IMG/VR virus record: IMGVR_UViG_3300032318_002733
Location: 1-54,992 of that record
From: a virus
Lineage: Duplodnaviria; Caudoviricetes
Length of the DNA stretch: 54,992 nucleotides
Direction: 5' to 3' (one strand)
The position numbers were made by a program, and so were the translations under genes. This document shows, piece after piece, positions 1 through 9,730 of the stretch (its first letter is position 1; the number at the start of each line of letters is the position of its first letter). The notes below the pieces were generated by a model. The model was given only the letters and a program-made list of their open reading frames with translations, had not been told where the DNA came from and made no database searches.

Positions 1-2
1 AA

Positions 3-2366
3 CAATTTGATATAATTGATTTATTATACTTGAGGTTAGGCTACAGTATGTTATTGGAGTGGGGTAATAGTTCTTATTATAAAGATAATATTACTTACAT
101 ATCAGATAATCCCCACAGTTTAGCAGATAGTTTTTTAGATGGAAATATTAAATATAATAATTATTACGAAAAAATAAAAGATAAAGTAAAGGAATCTTGT
201 GGAAATTATAATGCTATAATAGGAAAAGTAGTTAATTTTAATTGGAAATTTAACAAAGATGGAACCTACGATATCACATTAATTTTAAGAAGTTTAGGAG
301 ATATAATAGAATCATTAAAATCCAATACTTTACTTCCTGGAAAAATAGAAGTAAAAGAAGAAACTAATTCCCCAACCCCCCCAGAACCAACACCCGAAAA
401 TGTAATAAAATCATTTAAGGACACTCATGAAATAGGAAAAGAACTTTATAGATTACAACAAATACTACAACCTTTAGGTGGTTTTTCAAATGGAATGGCT
501 ACTGCTTATTTAGGAGAACAAGGAACAGATTCATATGATGTTGTAGCTTTTAGACAAAACTATCAAAATGGTCCAACACAATATTATGTGAGATTAGGAT
601 ATTTACTAGAATTCATACAAAATAAAATATTGCCATATGTAGAAAAACCAGAAGTACCTATATTGAAAATAGATTACAATGAAAAATCTAATGTCATATA
701 CTTGATGGCTCGTCAATTAAGTACTAGACCCGATGTTTGTATTTTTAATACAAGTTTTAATACTCCAAGTGGGTTTTTATCGTTTGCATCTAAAGCCAAT
801 ACTTTTAGAGTATCTTCCCCGTCCGAATCTAAAAATGTTTATGGTTATATAATGAATTCATATTTTAATATGCAATGGATACTTACAACTATGGATTCAT
901 TGAAAAATAATGAAGGTAAAGTTTCTTTATATGATTTATTGGATTCTTTATGTAAGGGATGGAATGAAGTAACAGGTAATTTTAGTAAATTAGGAGTAAC
1001 TATAGATCCTGATGAAGGTATAATAAGATTTACGGATGAAGTATCTTTACCTGATAGAGATGCTTGGTTAAAATTCTTTAATAAACCAACAGATCTAGCC
1101 AAATTTAATGTATATGGTTTTTTTGGAATAGATACTCAAACTCCTATTGCTAGTTTTATTAGAGATATCAATTTTGAAACTACAATTTCACCAAATTTAG
1201 CCACAATGATTACAATTGGTTCTACACAAAATGGATATGTTGTAGGGCAAGATTCAACGGCATTGGCTAATATGAATAGTGGTTTAGAAGATAGATTCAA
1301 AACAACAATTGAAACTAGAAATGATACCAAAACAGTAGGAACAAGTTCAATAAATGAAAATTATTCATCTGCATTGGATGCTTTCAGTGTTTTTATGAGA
1401 GATTTAGGTTCATGGAAAGACAATGCATATCCTAAATGGAATCAAGAAGCCATTAATAATTTCACAAGTACAGCAACAAATTTTTATGAATATGACCAAG
1501 CTAAACAAACTTTAGAAGCAGTAGGGTTAACTTCAGAATCAGCTTCCGTTGCCATACAAACCAATAACCTTTCATCCCTACCTGCATCCCCCAATACTGG
1601 GTTTTTACCATTTAATTTATCCCTAACAATGGATGGATTGTCAGGTATTAAAATATATCAAAAATATATAATTGATACTACTTATTTACCATCCAATTAT
1701 CCAACATCTTTAGAATTTTTAGTAAAAGGTATAACCGATATTGTTCAAAATAATGAATGGATTACAACACTAGAATCTATAGCTATTCCAAAAAATCCTT
1801 TTGGATCTTCAATTGGTGAAAGTGCTGTGGCATCTGGTACTAATAGAGATGAAAATAGAGGACAAACTCCATCAACAACATTTTCTGGAAATACTCCAAA
1901 TGCAGATGCATTACGAGCTGTATTAGTTTCCTTAGGATACATCGAAAAAAACAAAGAACTATCCAGTGGAGGTGATATTACTTTTGAAACATATAAAGCT
2001 GCTTCATCTGTTTTTAAAACTATTAAAGAAAAACTCCCCTCTATTTCTATTAACGTTACAGGAGGTAATGATAGTTTTCATAAAACATTAAATTACAACA
2101 GCAGACATAAATTAGGTAAAGGAGTAGATTTTACAATAAATCCTGCAACCCCAAGTAATATATCAGCAATTGAAAATATATTATTAGGGTTCTCAGCAGG
2201 GAATAACTCATTTAGATTTCTTAATGAATATGCTTCACCAACAAAAGCAGCTACTGCTAAACATTTTCATATGTCATGGGGAGCGGGAACTGAAGGACAG
2301 TCAAATGTAAATAAAGCTAAAACATTAGTTAACCAAAATAAAATTACAATATATAATATAGTGTAA
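3..2366 (+). CDS. Virion/baseplate-hub-like protein with C-terminal M15-type peptidase domain (5' truncated by window)
   Basis: Frame open from base 3. C-terminal SRHKLGKGVDF...HFH fits the H-x6-D...HxH zinc motif of M15/LAS peptidoglycan peptidases. Structural role is inferred. Confidence 0.55.
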   Translation, partial: QFDIIDLLYLRLGYSMLLEWGNSSYYKDNITYISDNPHSLADSFLDGNIKYNNYYEKIKDKVKESCGNYNAIIGKVVNFNWKFNKDGTYDITLILRSLGDIIESLKSNTLLPGKIEVKEETNSPTPPEPTPENVIKSFKDTHEIGKELYRLQQILQPLGGFSNGMATAYLGEQGTDSYDVVAFRQNYQNGPTQYYVRLGYLLEFIQNKILPYVEKPEVPILKIDYNEKSNVIYLMARQLSTRPDVCIFNTSFNTPSGFLSFASKANTFRVSSPSESKNVYGYIMNSYFNMQWILTTMDSLKNNEGKVSLYDLLDSLCKGWNEVTGNFSKLGVTIDPDEGIIRFTDEVSLPDRDAWLKFFNKPTDLAKFNVYGFFGIDTQTPIASFIRDINFETTISPNLATMITIGSTQNGYVVGQDSTALANMNSGLEDRFKTTIETRNDTKTVGTSSINENYSSALDAFSVFMRDLGSWKDNAYPKWNQEAINNFTSTATNFYEYDQAKQTLEAVGLTSESASVAIQTNNLSSLPASPNTGFLPFNLSLTMDGLSGIKIYQKYIIDTTYLPSNYPTSLEFLVKGITDIVQNNEWITTLESIAIPKNPFGSSIGESAVASGTNRDENRGQTPSTTFSGNTPNADALRAVLVSLGYIEKNKELSSGGDITFETYKAASSVFKTIKEKLPSISINVTGGNDSFHKTLNYNSRHKLGKGVDFTINPATPSNISAIENILLGFSAGNNSFRFLNEYASPTKAATAKHFHMSWGAGTEGQSNVNKAKTLVNQNKITIYNIV

Positions 2367-2367
2367 A

Positions 2368-3030
2368 ATGTATTACCCTAAATCCCAGATAACCTCAAAT
2401 TTATATACTAATGGTAATGAATTTGTAACTGAAGATACATTAACATCATATATCGGATATTATTTTAAAACATCAAATGGGAAATTTTATACTGGAAGAA
2501 ATCCTTCTGATAGACCTAATACAGAATTAATCCCTACTAATTTAGAATTTTCATCTGAAGATATATTTAATACAAACAATGCTCCAGAAGTTGCCTTAAT
2601 CATATCATCAGACAACCCTAACGCTTTTGAATTTGTAACAAATTTTAATGTTAATACAATTATTACATATTTAAATACTAAAAATATTAATCCATACAAC
2701 CCTCCAGTTCAATTTGTTCCTTATTATTCTCCTGTTACCCCAACTACACAAGATTACCAAATAAAAGAATTTAGAAGATATTTTTGCAAAAAAACAAATG
2801 AACTTATTTATATTGAAATAAATCAACAACAATACAAACAACTTGTTTCTAAAGACCCACAAATATTATGGCAATTATATGAACCATTTTTTATAGATTG
2901 GCAAATAAGCGGAGACAAACAACAAGTAATAAAAACAAATAGAAATAGTGTTGATTTATTGGTTTTAAGACAAAAATTTATAGGATTAAATGAATATTTA
3001 AAAAAAGATTATTCTAAATATTATCAATAA
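2368..3030 (+). CDS. Hypothetical phage protein (probably structural module)
   Basis: 220-aa ORF abutting the previous gene. Confidence 0.6.
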   Translation: MYYPKSQITSNLYTNGNEFVTEDTLTSYIGYYFKTSNGKFYTGRNPSDRPNTELIPTNLEFSSEDIFNTNNAPEVALIISSDNPNAFEFVTNFNVNTIITYLNTKNINPYNPPVQFVPYYSPVTPTTQDYQIKEFRRYFCKKTNELIYIEINQQQYKQLVSKDPQILWQLYEPFFIDWQISGDKQQVIKTNRNSVDLLVLRQKFIGLNEYLKKDYSKYYQ

Positions 3031-3039
3031 AAATTTTCG

Positions 3040-3057
3040 ATAAACTTTCAAGTTTAT
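3040..3057. repeat. 18-bp palindrome ATAAACTT-TC-AAGTTTAT, copy 1 of 3
   Basis: Related copies at 13714-13731 and 30334-30351. Confidence 0.8.
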
Positions 3058-3112
3058 TTTGAAACTTTAATTTTTTTCGTGTATTTATACCCGAACATAA
3101 AACATAACAATT

Positions 3113-3333
3113 ATGAAACATTTACAACTAAGACAAATTATCAAAGAAGAGATAAAAAAGCTCTAAAAGAAAACCAACCCCCCTTTAAACCTGACTATGA
3201 AGGTCAACTTTCTATACCCCAAATGCGTCTAATGAAAGAATTATATAAGGTGGGCAACAAATACCAAATGGACTTAATGACGAATGAGGAAATAGTACTT
3301 GTATTAAAAGAACTGATTGATGTTTTCAGTTAA
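3113..3333 (+). pseudogene. Leader-bearing small protein interrupted by a -1 frameshift at A AAA AAG (3154-3160)
   Basis: MKHLQLRQIIKEEIKK then stop at 3164-3166. The -1 frame continues ALKENQPPFKP..., matching the leaders of 13777, 14049 and 54872. Confidence 0.7.
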
Positions 3334-3354
3334 CAAATAATAGAATTCAATACT

Positions 3355-3388
3355 AAGGCTTGGTAATTCAAGCCTTTTTTATTATATT
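3355..3388 (+). terminator. Intrinsic terminator hairpin overlapping a TTGG-N19-TATATT promoter
   Basis: AAGGCTTG-gtaatt-CAAGCCTT followed by a T run; TTGG at 3360, TATATT at 3383. Confidence 0.75.
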
Positions 3389-3404
3389 GATATCAATCAA
3401 GGTT

Positions 3405-4700
3405 ATGGCATTCTGGTTAATAGAAACAGAACAACAATTGGACTATCTAAAACAATTTCCTATTAAAGAGGCTTTTGTTGAAGTAATTCCATACCATGAC
3501 CATATTCATCCTGCATTAAATGATATTTCATTGGTTTATATAAGACCGTTTAATGAAACTAAAGGTTATATGTTGGGGGTTAGCCATAGTGAAACATTCT
3601 CGCTGTATATAACAACTATAACAACTATATTACAAAGTATAGATGTTATTTGGGTCCGTGATAAAAAATCATTTTTATATTATTTTCCCTTAAAAAATAT
3701 AAATGATTTATCTATTTTAGGAAATGTAAATAAACCATTCAACACAAAAACACATGAATTTTTTTATTCTAAACATTCAAATCTTCCACAAATAAATAAA
3801 ATAATTCCTGTTGTTAAGCACTATGAAAAATGTCAACATATTTATAACCACATAACCAAAATTATTCCAAAACAATTGCCCCAATATTATGATTTTTACA
3901 ACAACAAAACAATATTGGCTTTTTTTGGAATTGAAAAAAATGGAATACAAATAGAAAAAAGAACCTTAGATAAATATTATGAAATCAATAATGAATTTTA
4001 TTCAATACAAGATAATAGAATTTACACCTATTATAAATTGGATACAACAACACGTAGACCAAGTAACGCTTTTAATGGTATTAATTTTCTAGCTATAGAT
4101 AAGAAAAATGGCACAAGGAGGAGCTTCATATCGAGTCATGAACTGGTTGAGTTCGATATTAGTGCCTATCATCCTAGTATTATTGGTCGTTTACTTGCCT
4201 ATGATTTTGGTACTGATGACATACACCAATTCTTTGCCAACCTATACCAAAAACCCATCCAAGAAGCAAAAAAAATCACTTTCCAACAGCTCTATGGTGG
4301 GATATTTAAAGAATATGAAAATTTGGAATTTTTTCAAAAAGTAAAATCTTTTATTGATAACAATTGGCAAGAATTCAACACCTCAGGTAAAGTTACTGTA
4401 CCTGTTTCAGGTTATTGTTTTGAAAAGTCCAAATTAGAAAACATGAACCCTCAAAAATTATTCAATTATATGTTACAAAATATAGAAAGTGCAATAAATA
4501 CCTATATCTTGTTGGATATTCATAAATTATTAAGAAGAAAACAAAGTAAAATTATACTATACTGTTATGATAGTTTTCTGTTTGAAATCCACACGGCAGA
4601 ACAATACCTTAAAAAAGAAATTAAAAAAATATTTGAAAAATATAAACTAAACACAAAAATCAGTTATGGAAAAACATATGACTTTACAACAACCCTTTGA
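3405..4700 (+). CDS. Compact family A DNA polymerase-like protein
   Basis: TTTRRPS, motif A EFDISAYHP, motif B AKKITFQQLYG, NYMLQ, motif C YCYDSFLF. ATG 3405 lies just after the promoter. Confidence 0.8.
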   Translation: MAFWLIETEQQLDYLKQFPIKEAFVEVIPYHDHIHPALNDISLVYIRPFNETKGYMLGVSHSETFSLYITTITTILQSIDVIWVRDKKSFLYYFPLKNINDLSILGNVNKPFNTKTHEFFYSKHSNLPQINKIIPVVKHYEKCQHIYNHITKIIPKQLPQYYDFYNNKTILAFFGIEKNGIQIEKRTLDKYYEINNEFYSIQDNRIYTYYKLDTTTRRPSNAFNGINFLAIDKKNGTRRSFISSHELVEFDISAYHPSIIGRLLAYDFGTDDIHQFFANLYQKPIQEAKKITFQQLYGGIFKEYENLEFFQKVKSFIDNNWQEFNTSGKVTVPVSGYCFEKSKLENMNPQKLFNYMLQNIESAINTYILLDIHKLLRRKQSKIILYCYDSFLFEIHTAEQYLKKEIKKIFEKYKLNTKISYGKTYDFTTTL

Positions 4701-5118
4701 TATGTATGATGGACAATTTTTTGACCACATGCTTACCAATAAATTATTTGCTACTTTTACAGAGTTAGAGGGGTTAGATCAATTAATAAATAATTTAACA
4801 AATAATTACTCAATCCTATACAATAAAATGTTTGTACTATATGTAAAAAGTACAAACGAATATGTTACTACATACAATATTGATTCAGTAAATATAAACA
4901 ATATTTTACCAAATACTATTTCATTGCATAGAAAAAAAGATTTCAATGTTTTATATAGTTTGAATGGATTAAATGAGGTTATTAAAGGGTTGAATGGAGG
5001 TATAGTAGACCCAACATTTAAAATAAATTGGCAACCCTATAAAAACAGCATTTTATTGACCCAAAATGGGGAATTAAAAATTCTCAAAACCAAACTTTAT
5101 AAAATTCTCGAACTTTAA
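4678..5118 (+). CDS. Hypothetical phage protein
   Basis: ORF track 4666..5118; exact start uncertain. Confidence 0.65.
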   Translation: MTLQQPFDMYDGQFFDHMLTNKLFATFTELEGLDQLINNLTNNYSILYNKMFVLYVKSTNEYVTTYNIDSVNINNILPNTISLHRKKDFNVLYSLNGLNEVIKGLNGGIVDPTFKINWQPYKNSILLTQNGELKILKTKLYKILEL

Positions 5119-5133
5119 CATATTTATAACCAC

Positions 5134-5226
5134 ATGAAACCAGCAGATAACTTTGATTTAAAAAAATTTATTACAGAAAATAAATTGGTCGTTAACGAAG
5201 GTTATTCTAATGAAAAAATCTCCTAA
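5134..5226 (+). pseudogene. 30-aa leader-only remnant MKPADNFDLKKFITENKLVVNEGYSNEKIS
   Basis: Promoter plus leader DNA nearly identical to 15214-15286; stops at 5224-5226. Confidence 0.7.
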
Positions 5227-5313
5227 ATTGGTAGAGAATATAGAGTATTTAAAAAAGAAAACTAAATTTATTTAATTAAAATAAATAACCCTTCAAAAAG
5301 GTTTCATCTTAAC

Positions 5314-5342
5314 TTGGTTATATAAACTCAAGTTATTATATT
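5314..5342 (+). promoter_or_regulatory. TTGG-N19-TATATT promoter upstream of the replication operon
   Basis: TTGG at 5314, TATATT at 5337; same spacing as about 10 other intergenic copies. Confidence 0.7.
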
Positions 5343-5376
5343 TCCGAATATATTAAAAACAAATTATTATACGATT

Positions 5377-6207
5377 ATGGATATTGCATCAATTAAACAG
5401 CGACTACAAACATTACAGTCAAAAAACACAAGCAAGGAGAAAATCGATTACTCAAAAGTTTACTGGAAACCAAAAGAAGAAGGTAAATACCAAATCCGTT
5501 TTGTACCTTCCAAACTAAACCCACAAAATCCTTTCCAAGAGATTTTTGTTCATTATGGGTTTGGTAAATTCCCTATTTTTGCCCTAACAAATTGGGGTGA
5601 AAAAGACCCTATTGTTGAATTCACTTCTCAATTACGAAAAACCAATGAAAAAGAAAATTGGTCATTGGCTAAAAAATTAGACCCTAAAATGAGGGTTTAT
5701 GCCCCTGTCATTGTGCGTGGTGAAGAAGAAAAAGGTGTTAGACTTTGGGAGTTTGGTAAAGAAATTTACATGCAACTTTTAGGTATTGCTGAAGATGAAG
5801 ATTATGGAGATTACACTAACATTTCCGAAGGTAGAGATTTTACAGTTGAAGCCGTTAAAGGAGATATTGGTGGACGTCAAGGACTAAAAACCTCAATTAG
5901 AGTAAAACCAAAACAAACCCCTCTTAGTTCGGATTCTGAACAAATTAAAAAATGGCTAGAAGAACAACCCAATGTGTTGGAGGTTCAAAAGAAAATGGAT
6001 TTTGATTCATTGAAAACCATTCTACAAAATTTCCTAACTCCTGAGGATCCAGAAGATGAAGGTGAAGAAGATACTACAGAAGCTATTCCTGAACCAAGTT
6101 ATACTTCTAAAGTATTTGGAACACCTACAAAAACAACTAAAGCAGATAAGTTTGATGCTTTGTTTGAAGAAGATGATGATTCTAAACCTAGTGATTTACC
6201 ATTTTAA
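5377..6207 (+). CDS. Single-stranded DNA-binding protein, T4 gp32-like
   Basis: WKP...IRFVP, EGRDF, acidic tail ending DLPF; adjacent to the recombinase. Confidence 0.8.
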   Translation: MDIASIKQRLQTLQSKNTSKEKIDYSKVYWKPKEEGKYQIRFVPSKLNPQNPFQEIFVHYGFGKFPIFALTNWGEKDPIVEFTSQLRKTNEKENWSLAKKLDPKMRVYAPVIVRGEEEKGVRLWEFGKEIYMQLLGIAEDEDYGDYTNISEGRDFTVEAVKGDIGGRQGLKTSIRVKPKQTPLSSDSEQIKKWLEEQPNVLEVQKKMDFDSLKTILQNFLTPEDPEDEGEEDTTEAIPEPSYTSKVFGTPTKTTKADKFDALFEEDDDSKPSDLPF

Positions 6208-6222
6208 TTAAGACAATAAGTT

Positions 6223-7317
6223 ATGGCAAGACCTAAAAAAAGTGAATCACTAACGGCAGCGGTATCTGCAGAACTTAAATCTAATTTCAATTTAGAAAAG
6301 TTTAAGGAAAAAAAATTACTTAATGGTACAGTTAAATTTAAAGAACAGAAATGGATTCCATTGTCTGAAGCCCTACAAGAATCAATTTCTGTAGCAGGTG
6401 CTCCAGTGGGTCATATTACTTTATTAAGAGGTCATAGTAATACAGGTAAGACCACTGCATTGCTTGAGTTAGCAATTAGCGCTCAAAAAATGGGTATCTT
6501 ACCTGTTTTTATTATCACCGAAATGAAATGGTCCTGGAGTCATGCACGCATAATGGGGTTCCAATTAGAAGACGTTGTTGATGAAACAACGGGTGAGGTA
6601 ATAGATCATACGGGGTTTTTCATTTATAGAGATAGGGCATCACTGGGTACTATTGAGGATGTAGCTGAATTTATTGCTGATTTGTTGGATGAACAGAAAA
6701 AAGGTAATTTACCTTATGATTTGTGTTTCTTTTGGGATTCAATAGGTTCAATACCATGTAAAATGAGCGTTGAGGCTAATAAAAATAACCCAATGTGGAA
6801 TGCAGGAGCAATGTCTCAACAATTTGGTAATTTTATTAATCAACGTTTTCCTCTATCAAGAAAAGAAAACGCACCATATACCAATTCAATGGTAGCTATT
6901 AATAAAATTTGGGTAGCACCAGCAGAAACCATTATGTCCCAACCCAAAATGAAAATGAAAAATGGTGAAACTATGTTTTTGGATGCTTCACTTGTATTAA
7001 CTTTTGGTAATATTACTAATAGTGGTACAAGCAAAATTAAAGCCACTAAAGATGGTAAAGAAGTAGAATTTGCTGTAAGAACTAAAGTATCATGTGATAA
7101 AAATCACGTTACTGGATTACAAACTAAAAACACAGTGGTAGCAACGGTTCATGGTTTTATTAAAGATGATAAAAAGGATATTGACACTTACAAGAAAGCC
7201 CATTCTAATGAATGGAAAGATATCTTAGGTGATGGAAAATTTGACATCATTGAAGACAATTCAGATTGGGATGAATCAACAAGGGATATTCCTTTGGATT
7301 TGATGGATGAAGAATAA
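6223..7317 (+). CDS. uvsX: RecA/UvsX-like recombinase
   Basis: Walker A GHSNTGKT, Walker B FFWDSIG, KNH near the C-terminus. Confidence 0.85.
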   Translation: MARPKKSESLTAAVSAELKSNFNLEKFKEKKLLNGTVKFKEQKWIPLSEALQESISVAGAPVGHITLLRGHSNTGKTTALLELAISAQKMGILPVFIITEMKWSWSHARIMGFQLEDVVDETTGEVIDHTGFFIYRDRASLGTIEDVAEFIADLLDEQKKGNLPYDLCFFWDSIGSIPCKMSVEANKNNPMWNAGAMSQQFGNFINQRFPLSRKENAPYTNSMVAINKIWVAPAETIMSQPKMKMKNGETMFLDASLVLTFGNITNSGTSKIKATKDGKEVEFAVRTKVSCDKNHVTGLQTKNTVVATVHGFIKDDKKDIDTYKKAHSNEWKDILGDGKFDIIEDNSDWDESTRDIPLDLMDEE

Positions 7318-7320
7318 TTT

Positions 7321-8355
7321 ATGAACAAAAAAAACTTATTAAACCTCTTAGACCAAGTTTCTAAAGAAGAAAAAATTTATACAAACCCACATGAACGTGT
7401 AGTATTAATAGATGCCTTAAATCTATTTTTTAGAAACTTTGCCATGTTAAAAATGGTAAATCCTGATGGTGCTCACATCGGTGGTCTAGGAGGTTTTTTA
7501 AGATCTTTAAATTCATTGGTTAAAACTCTCCAACCAACATCAGTATATGTTGTTTTTGATGGAGTTGGTTCTTCTATTAACAGAAAAAATCTTTTAGCAG
7601 AATATAAATCAGGTAGAAACCAAACAAGAATTACAAATTGGGAAACCTTTGATTCATTGGAAGAGGAAAATGATGCTAAAATAAATCAAATAACTCGTTT
7701 AATTCATTACCTAAAATGTTTACCTGTAAAAACAGTTAGCTTAGATAAAGTGGAGGCCGATGATATAATCGCATATATCAGCAATATATTGTCTATAAAA
7801 CATAATTCTGATGTAATCATAGTATCCAATGACCGAGATTATATCCAATTAATAAACAAAAATATAACAATATATAGGCCAACAGAAAAAGAACTATATA
7901 CCCCACAAATTATTAAATCTAGCTTTGGTATTCCACCAGAAAATTTTATATTATATAAAACACTGATGGGAGATCAATCCGATAAAATTGAAGGTATTAA
8001 AGGGTTAGGTCCAAAAGGAATTTTGAAAAAATTTCCTGAATTGGCAGAACAAGTCTTAACTTTTGATCAATTAATGGAAATAGCAGAATCAAAAATAAAA
8101 GAACATGTAACATATGCTAGAGTTATACATGAGGAAACAAAATTAAAAAATAACTTTAAATTAATGAATTTACACAACCCACTTATTGATGATGATGGTA
8201 AACAATATTTGGAAGAATTTATAAATTACCCATCTCCAAAATTGGATATTAAAACTTTTGTATCATTTTATAATGAAGATAATTTAGGTAAATTAATAAA
8301 AAATCCCGAAGTTTCATTAAATGATGTATATAAAATAATAAATAGTTTCAACTAA
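7321..8355 (+). CDS. 5'-3' exonuclease / T4 RNase H-like flap endonuclease
   Basis: LIDALN, VFDG, YKSGR, EADD, SNDRD, GDQSDKIEGIKGLGPK. Confidence 0.9.
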   Translation: MNKKNLLNLLDQVSKEEKIYTNPHERVVLIDALNLFFRNFAMLKMVNPDGAHIGGLGGFLRSLNSLVKTLQPTSVYVVFDGVGSSINRKNLLAEYKSGRNQTRITNWETFDSLEEENDAKINQITRLIHYLKCLPVKTVSLDKVEADDIIAYISNILSIKHNSDVIIVSNDRDYIQLINKNITIYRPTEKELYTPQIIKSSFGIPPENFILYKTLMGDQSDKIEGIKGLGPKGILKKFPELAEQVLTFDQLMEIAESKIKEHVTYARVIHEETKLKNNFKLMNLHNPLIDDDGKQYLEEFINYPSPKLDIKTFVSFYNEDNLGKLIKNPEVSLNDVYKIINSFN

Positions 8356-8363
8356 AAAGTTAT

Positions 8364-9725
8364 ATGGTATTATCACAATTGTCACAATATGGAACAGGAT
8401 TCCAGATTAAGGTTTTATCTTCTCTTTTAACTCATAAAGAATTTCTTTTAAATATTCATGATTTATTGAGTGAAGAATATTTTGATTCACAATCTCATAA
8501 ATGGATTATTCAACAAATTTTAAAATACTTCGAAAAATATCACACTGTTCCTACAATGGATGTTTTAAAAGTAGAATTGAAAAAAATTGATAATGAAGTT
8601 TTACAAATATCTATTAAAGAACAATTAAGAGAGGCATATAAATCTTCCGAAGATGATTTAAAATATGTACAAGAGGAATTTTCTAATTTTTGTAAAAACC
8701 AACAGCTAAAAAAGGCATTATTAAACAGTGTAGATCTTTTAAACACAGGAGACTATGATTCAATAAGAATCATGATTGATAATGCTCTAAAAGCAGGTCA
8801 AGACAAAAACATAGGCCATGAATACAATAAAGACATAGAATCTAGATACAGAGAAGATGAAAGAAACCCAATCCCTACTCCTTGGGATGAATTAAATGAA
8901 TTGTTGCAAGGAGGATTAGGAGAAGGAGATTTTGGACTAATTTATGGAAATCCTGGAGGAGGTAAATCTTGGGCTTTAGTGGCTTTAGGGGCTCATGCCT
9001 TAAAAATAGGGTATAATGTAATACATTATACTTTAGAATTAGGGGAATCATATGTTGGTAAAAGATATGATGCTTGCTTAACCCAAATCCCCGTACAAAA
9101 TATAGGAAATTTTAAATCAAATGTAGAAAACCAAGTAAATGCTGTTCCTGGCCAATTAATTATTAGAGAATACTCTCCTAAAAGGGCATCGTTGTTAACC
9201 ATTGAATCCCATATTAAAAAGTGTATTGATTTAGGTTTTAAACCTGATTTGATTATTATAGATTATGTTGACTTATTAAAAACAAAGAAAGCATATGGTG
9301 AAAGAAAAGATGAAATCGATGATATTTATATAGGCACTAAAGGTTTAGCACGAAGTTTAAAACTACCGGTTTGGAGTGTATCTCAAGTAAACAGAGCTGG
9401 AGCAAAAGACAATATTATTGAAGGAGACAAATCAGCAGGTTCATACGACAAAATAATGATAGTTGATTTTAGTGCTTCTTTATCCAGAAAACGTAAAGAC
9501 AAAATGAATGGAACAGGTAGACTTCATATTATGAAAAACAGGTACGGAACAGATGGGATGACATATCAAGTTGATATTGATACCTCTACGGGAAATATAC
9601 AAATCCAAGGAGAATTTGATGAAGATGCAGATGAACCACCACCCCAAAACTCCACAGGTTTTTCAAATATAAATTCTTTAGACAAAGAAATAATGAGAAA
9701 GAAATTTTTTGAATTAAGTAATTAA
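8364..9725 (+). CDS. dnaB: DnaB/gp41-like replicative helicase
   Basis: GNPGGGKS, TLEL, IIIDYVD, SQVNR, KNRYG. Confidence 0.9.
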   Translation: MVLSQLSQYGTGFQIKVLSSLLTHKEFLLNIHDLLSEEYFDSQSHKWIIQQILKYFEKYHTVPTMDVLKVELKKIDNEVLQISIKEQLREAYKSSEDDLKYVQEEFSNFCKNQQLKKALLNSVDLLNTGDYDSIRIMIDNALKAGQDKNIGHEYNKDIESRYREDERNPIPTPWDELNELLQGGLGEGDFGLIYGNPGGGKSWALVALGAHALKIGYNVIHYTLELGESYVGKRYDACLTQIPVQNIGNFKSNVENQVNAVPGQLIIREYSPKRASLLTIESHIKKCIDLGFKPDLIIIDYVDLLKTKKAYGERKDEIDDIYIGTKGLARSLKLPVWSVSQVNRAGAKDNIIEGDKSAGSYDKIMIVDFSASLSRKRKDKMNGTGRLHIMKNRYGTDGMTYQVDIDTSTGNIQIQGEFDEDADEPPPQNSTGFSNINSLDKEIMRKKFFELSN

Positions 9726-9730
9726 AAATT

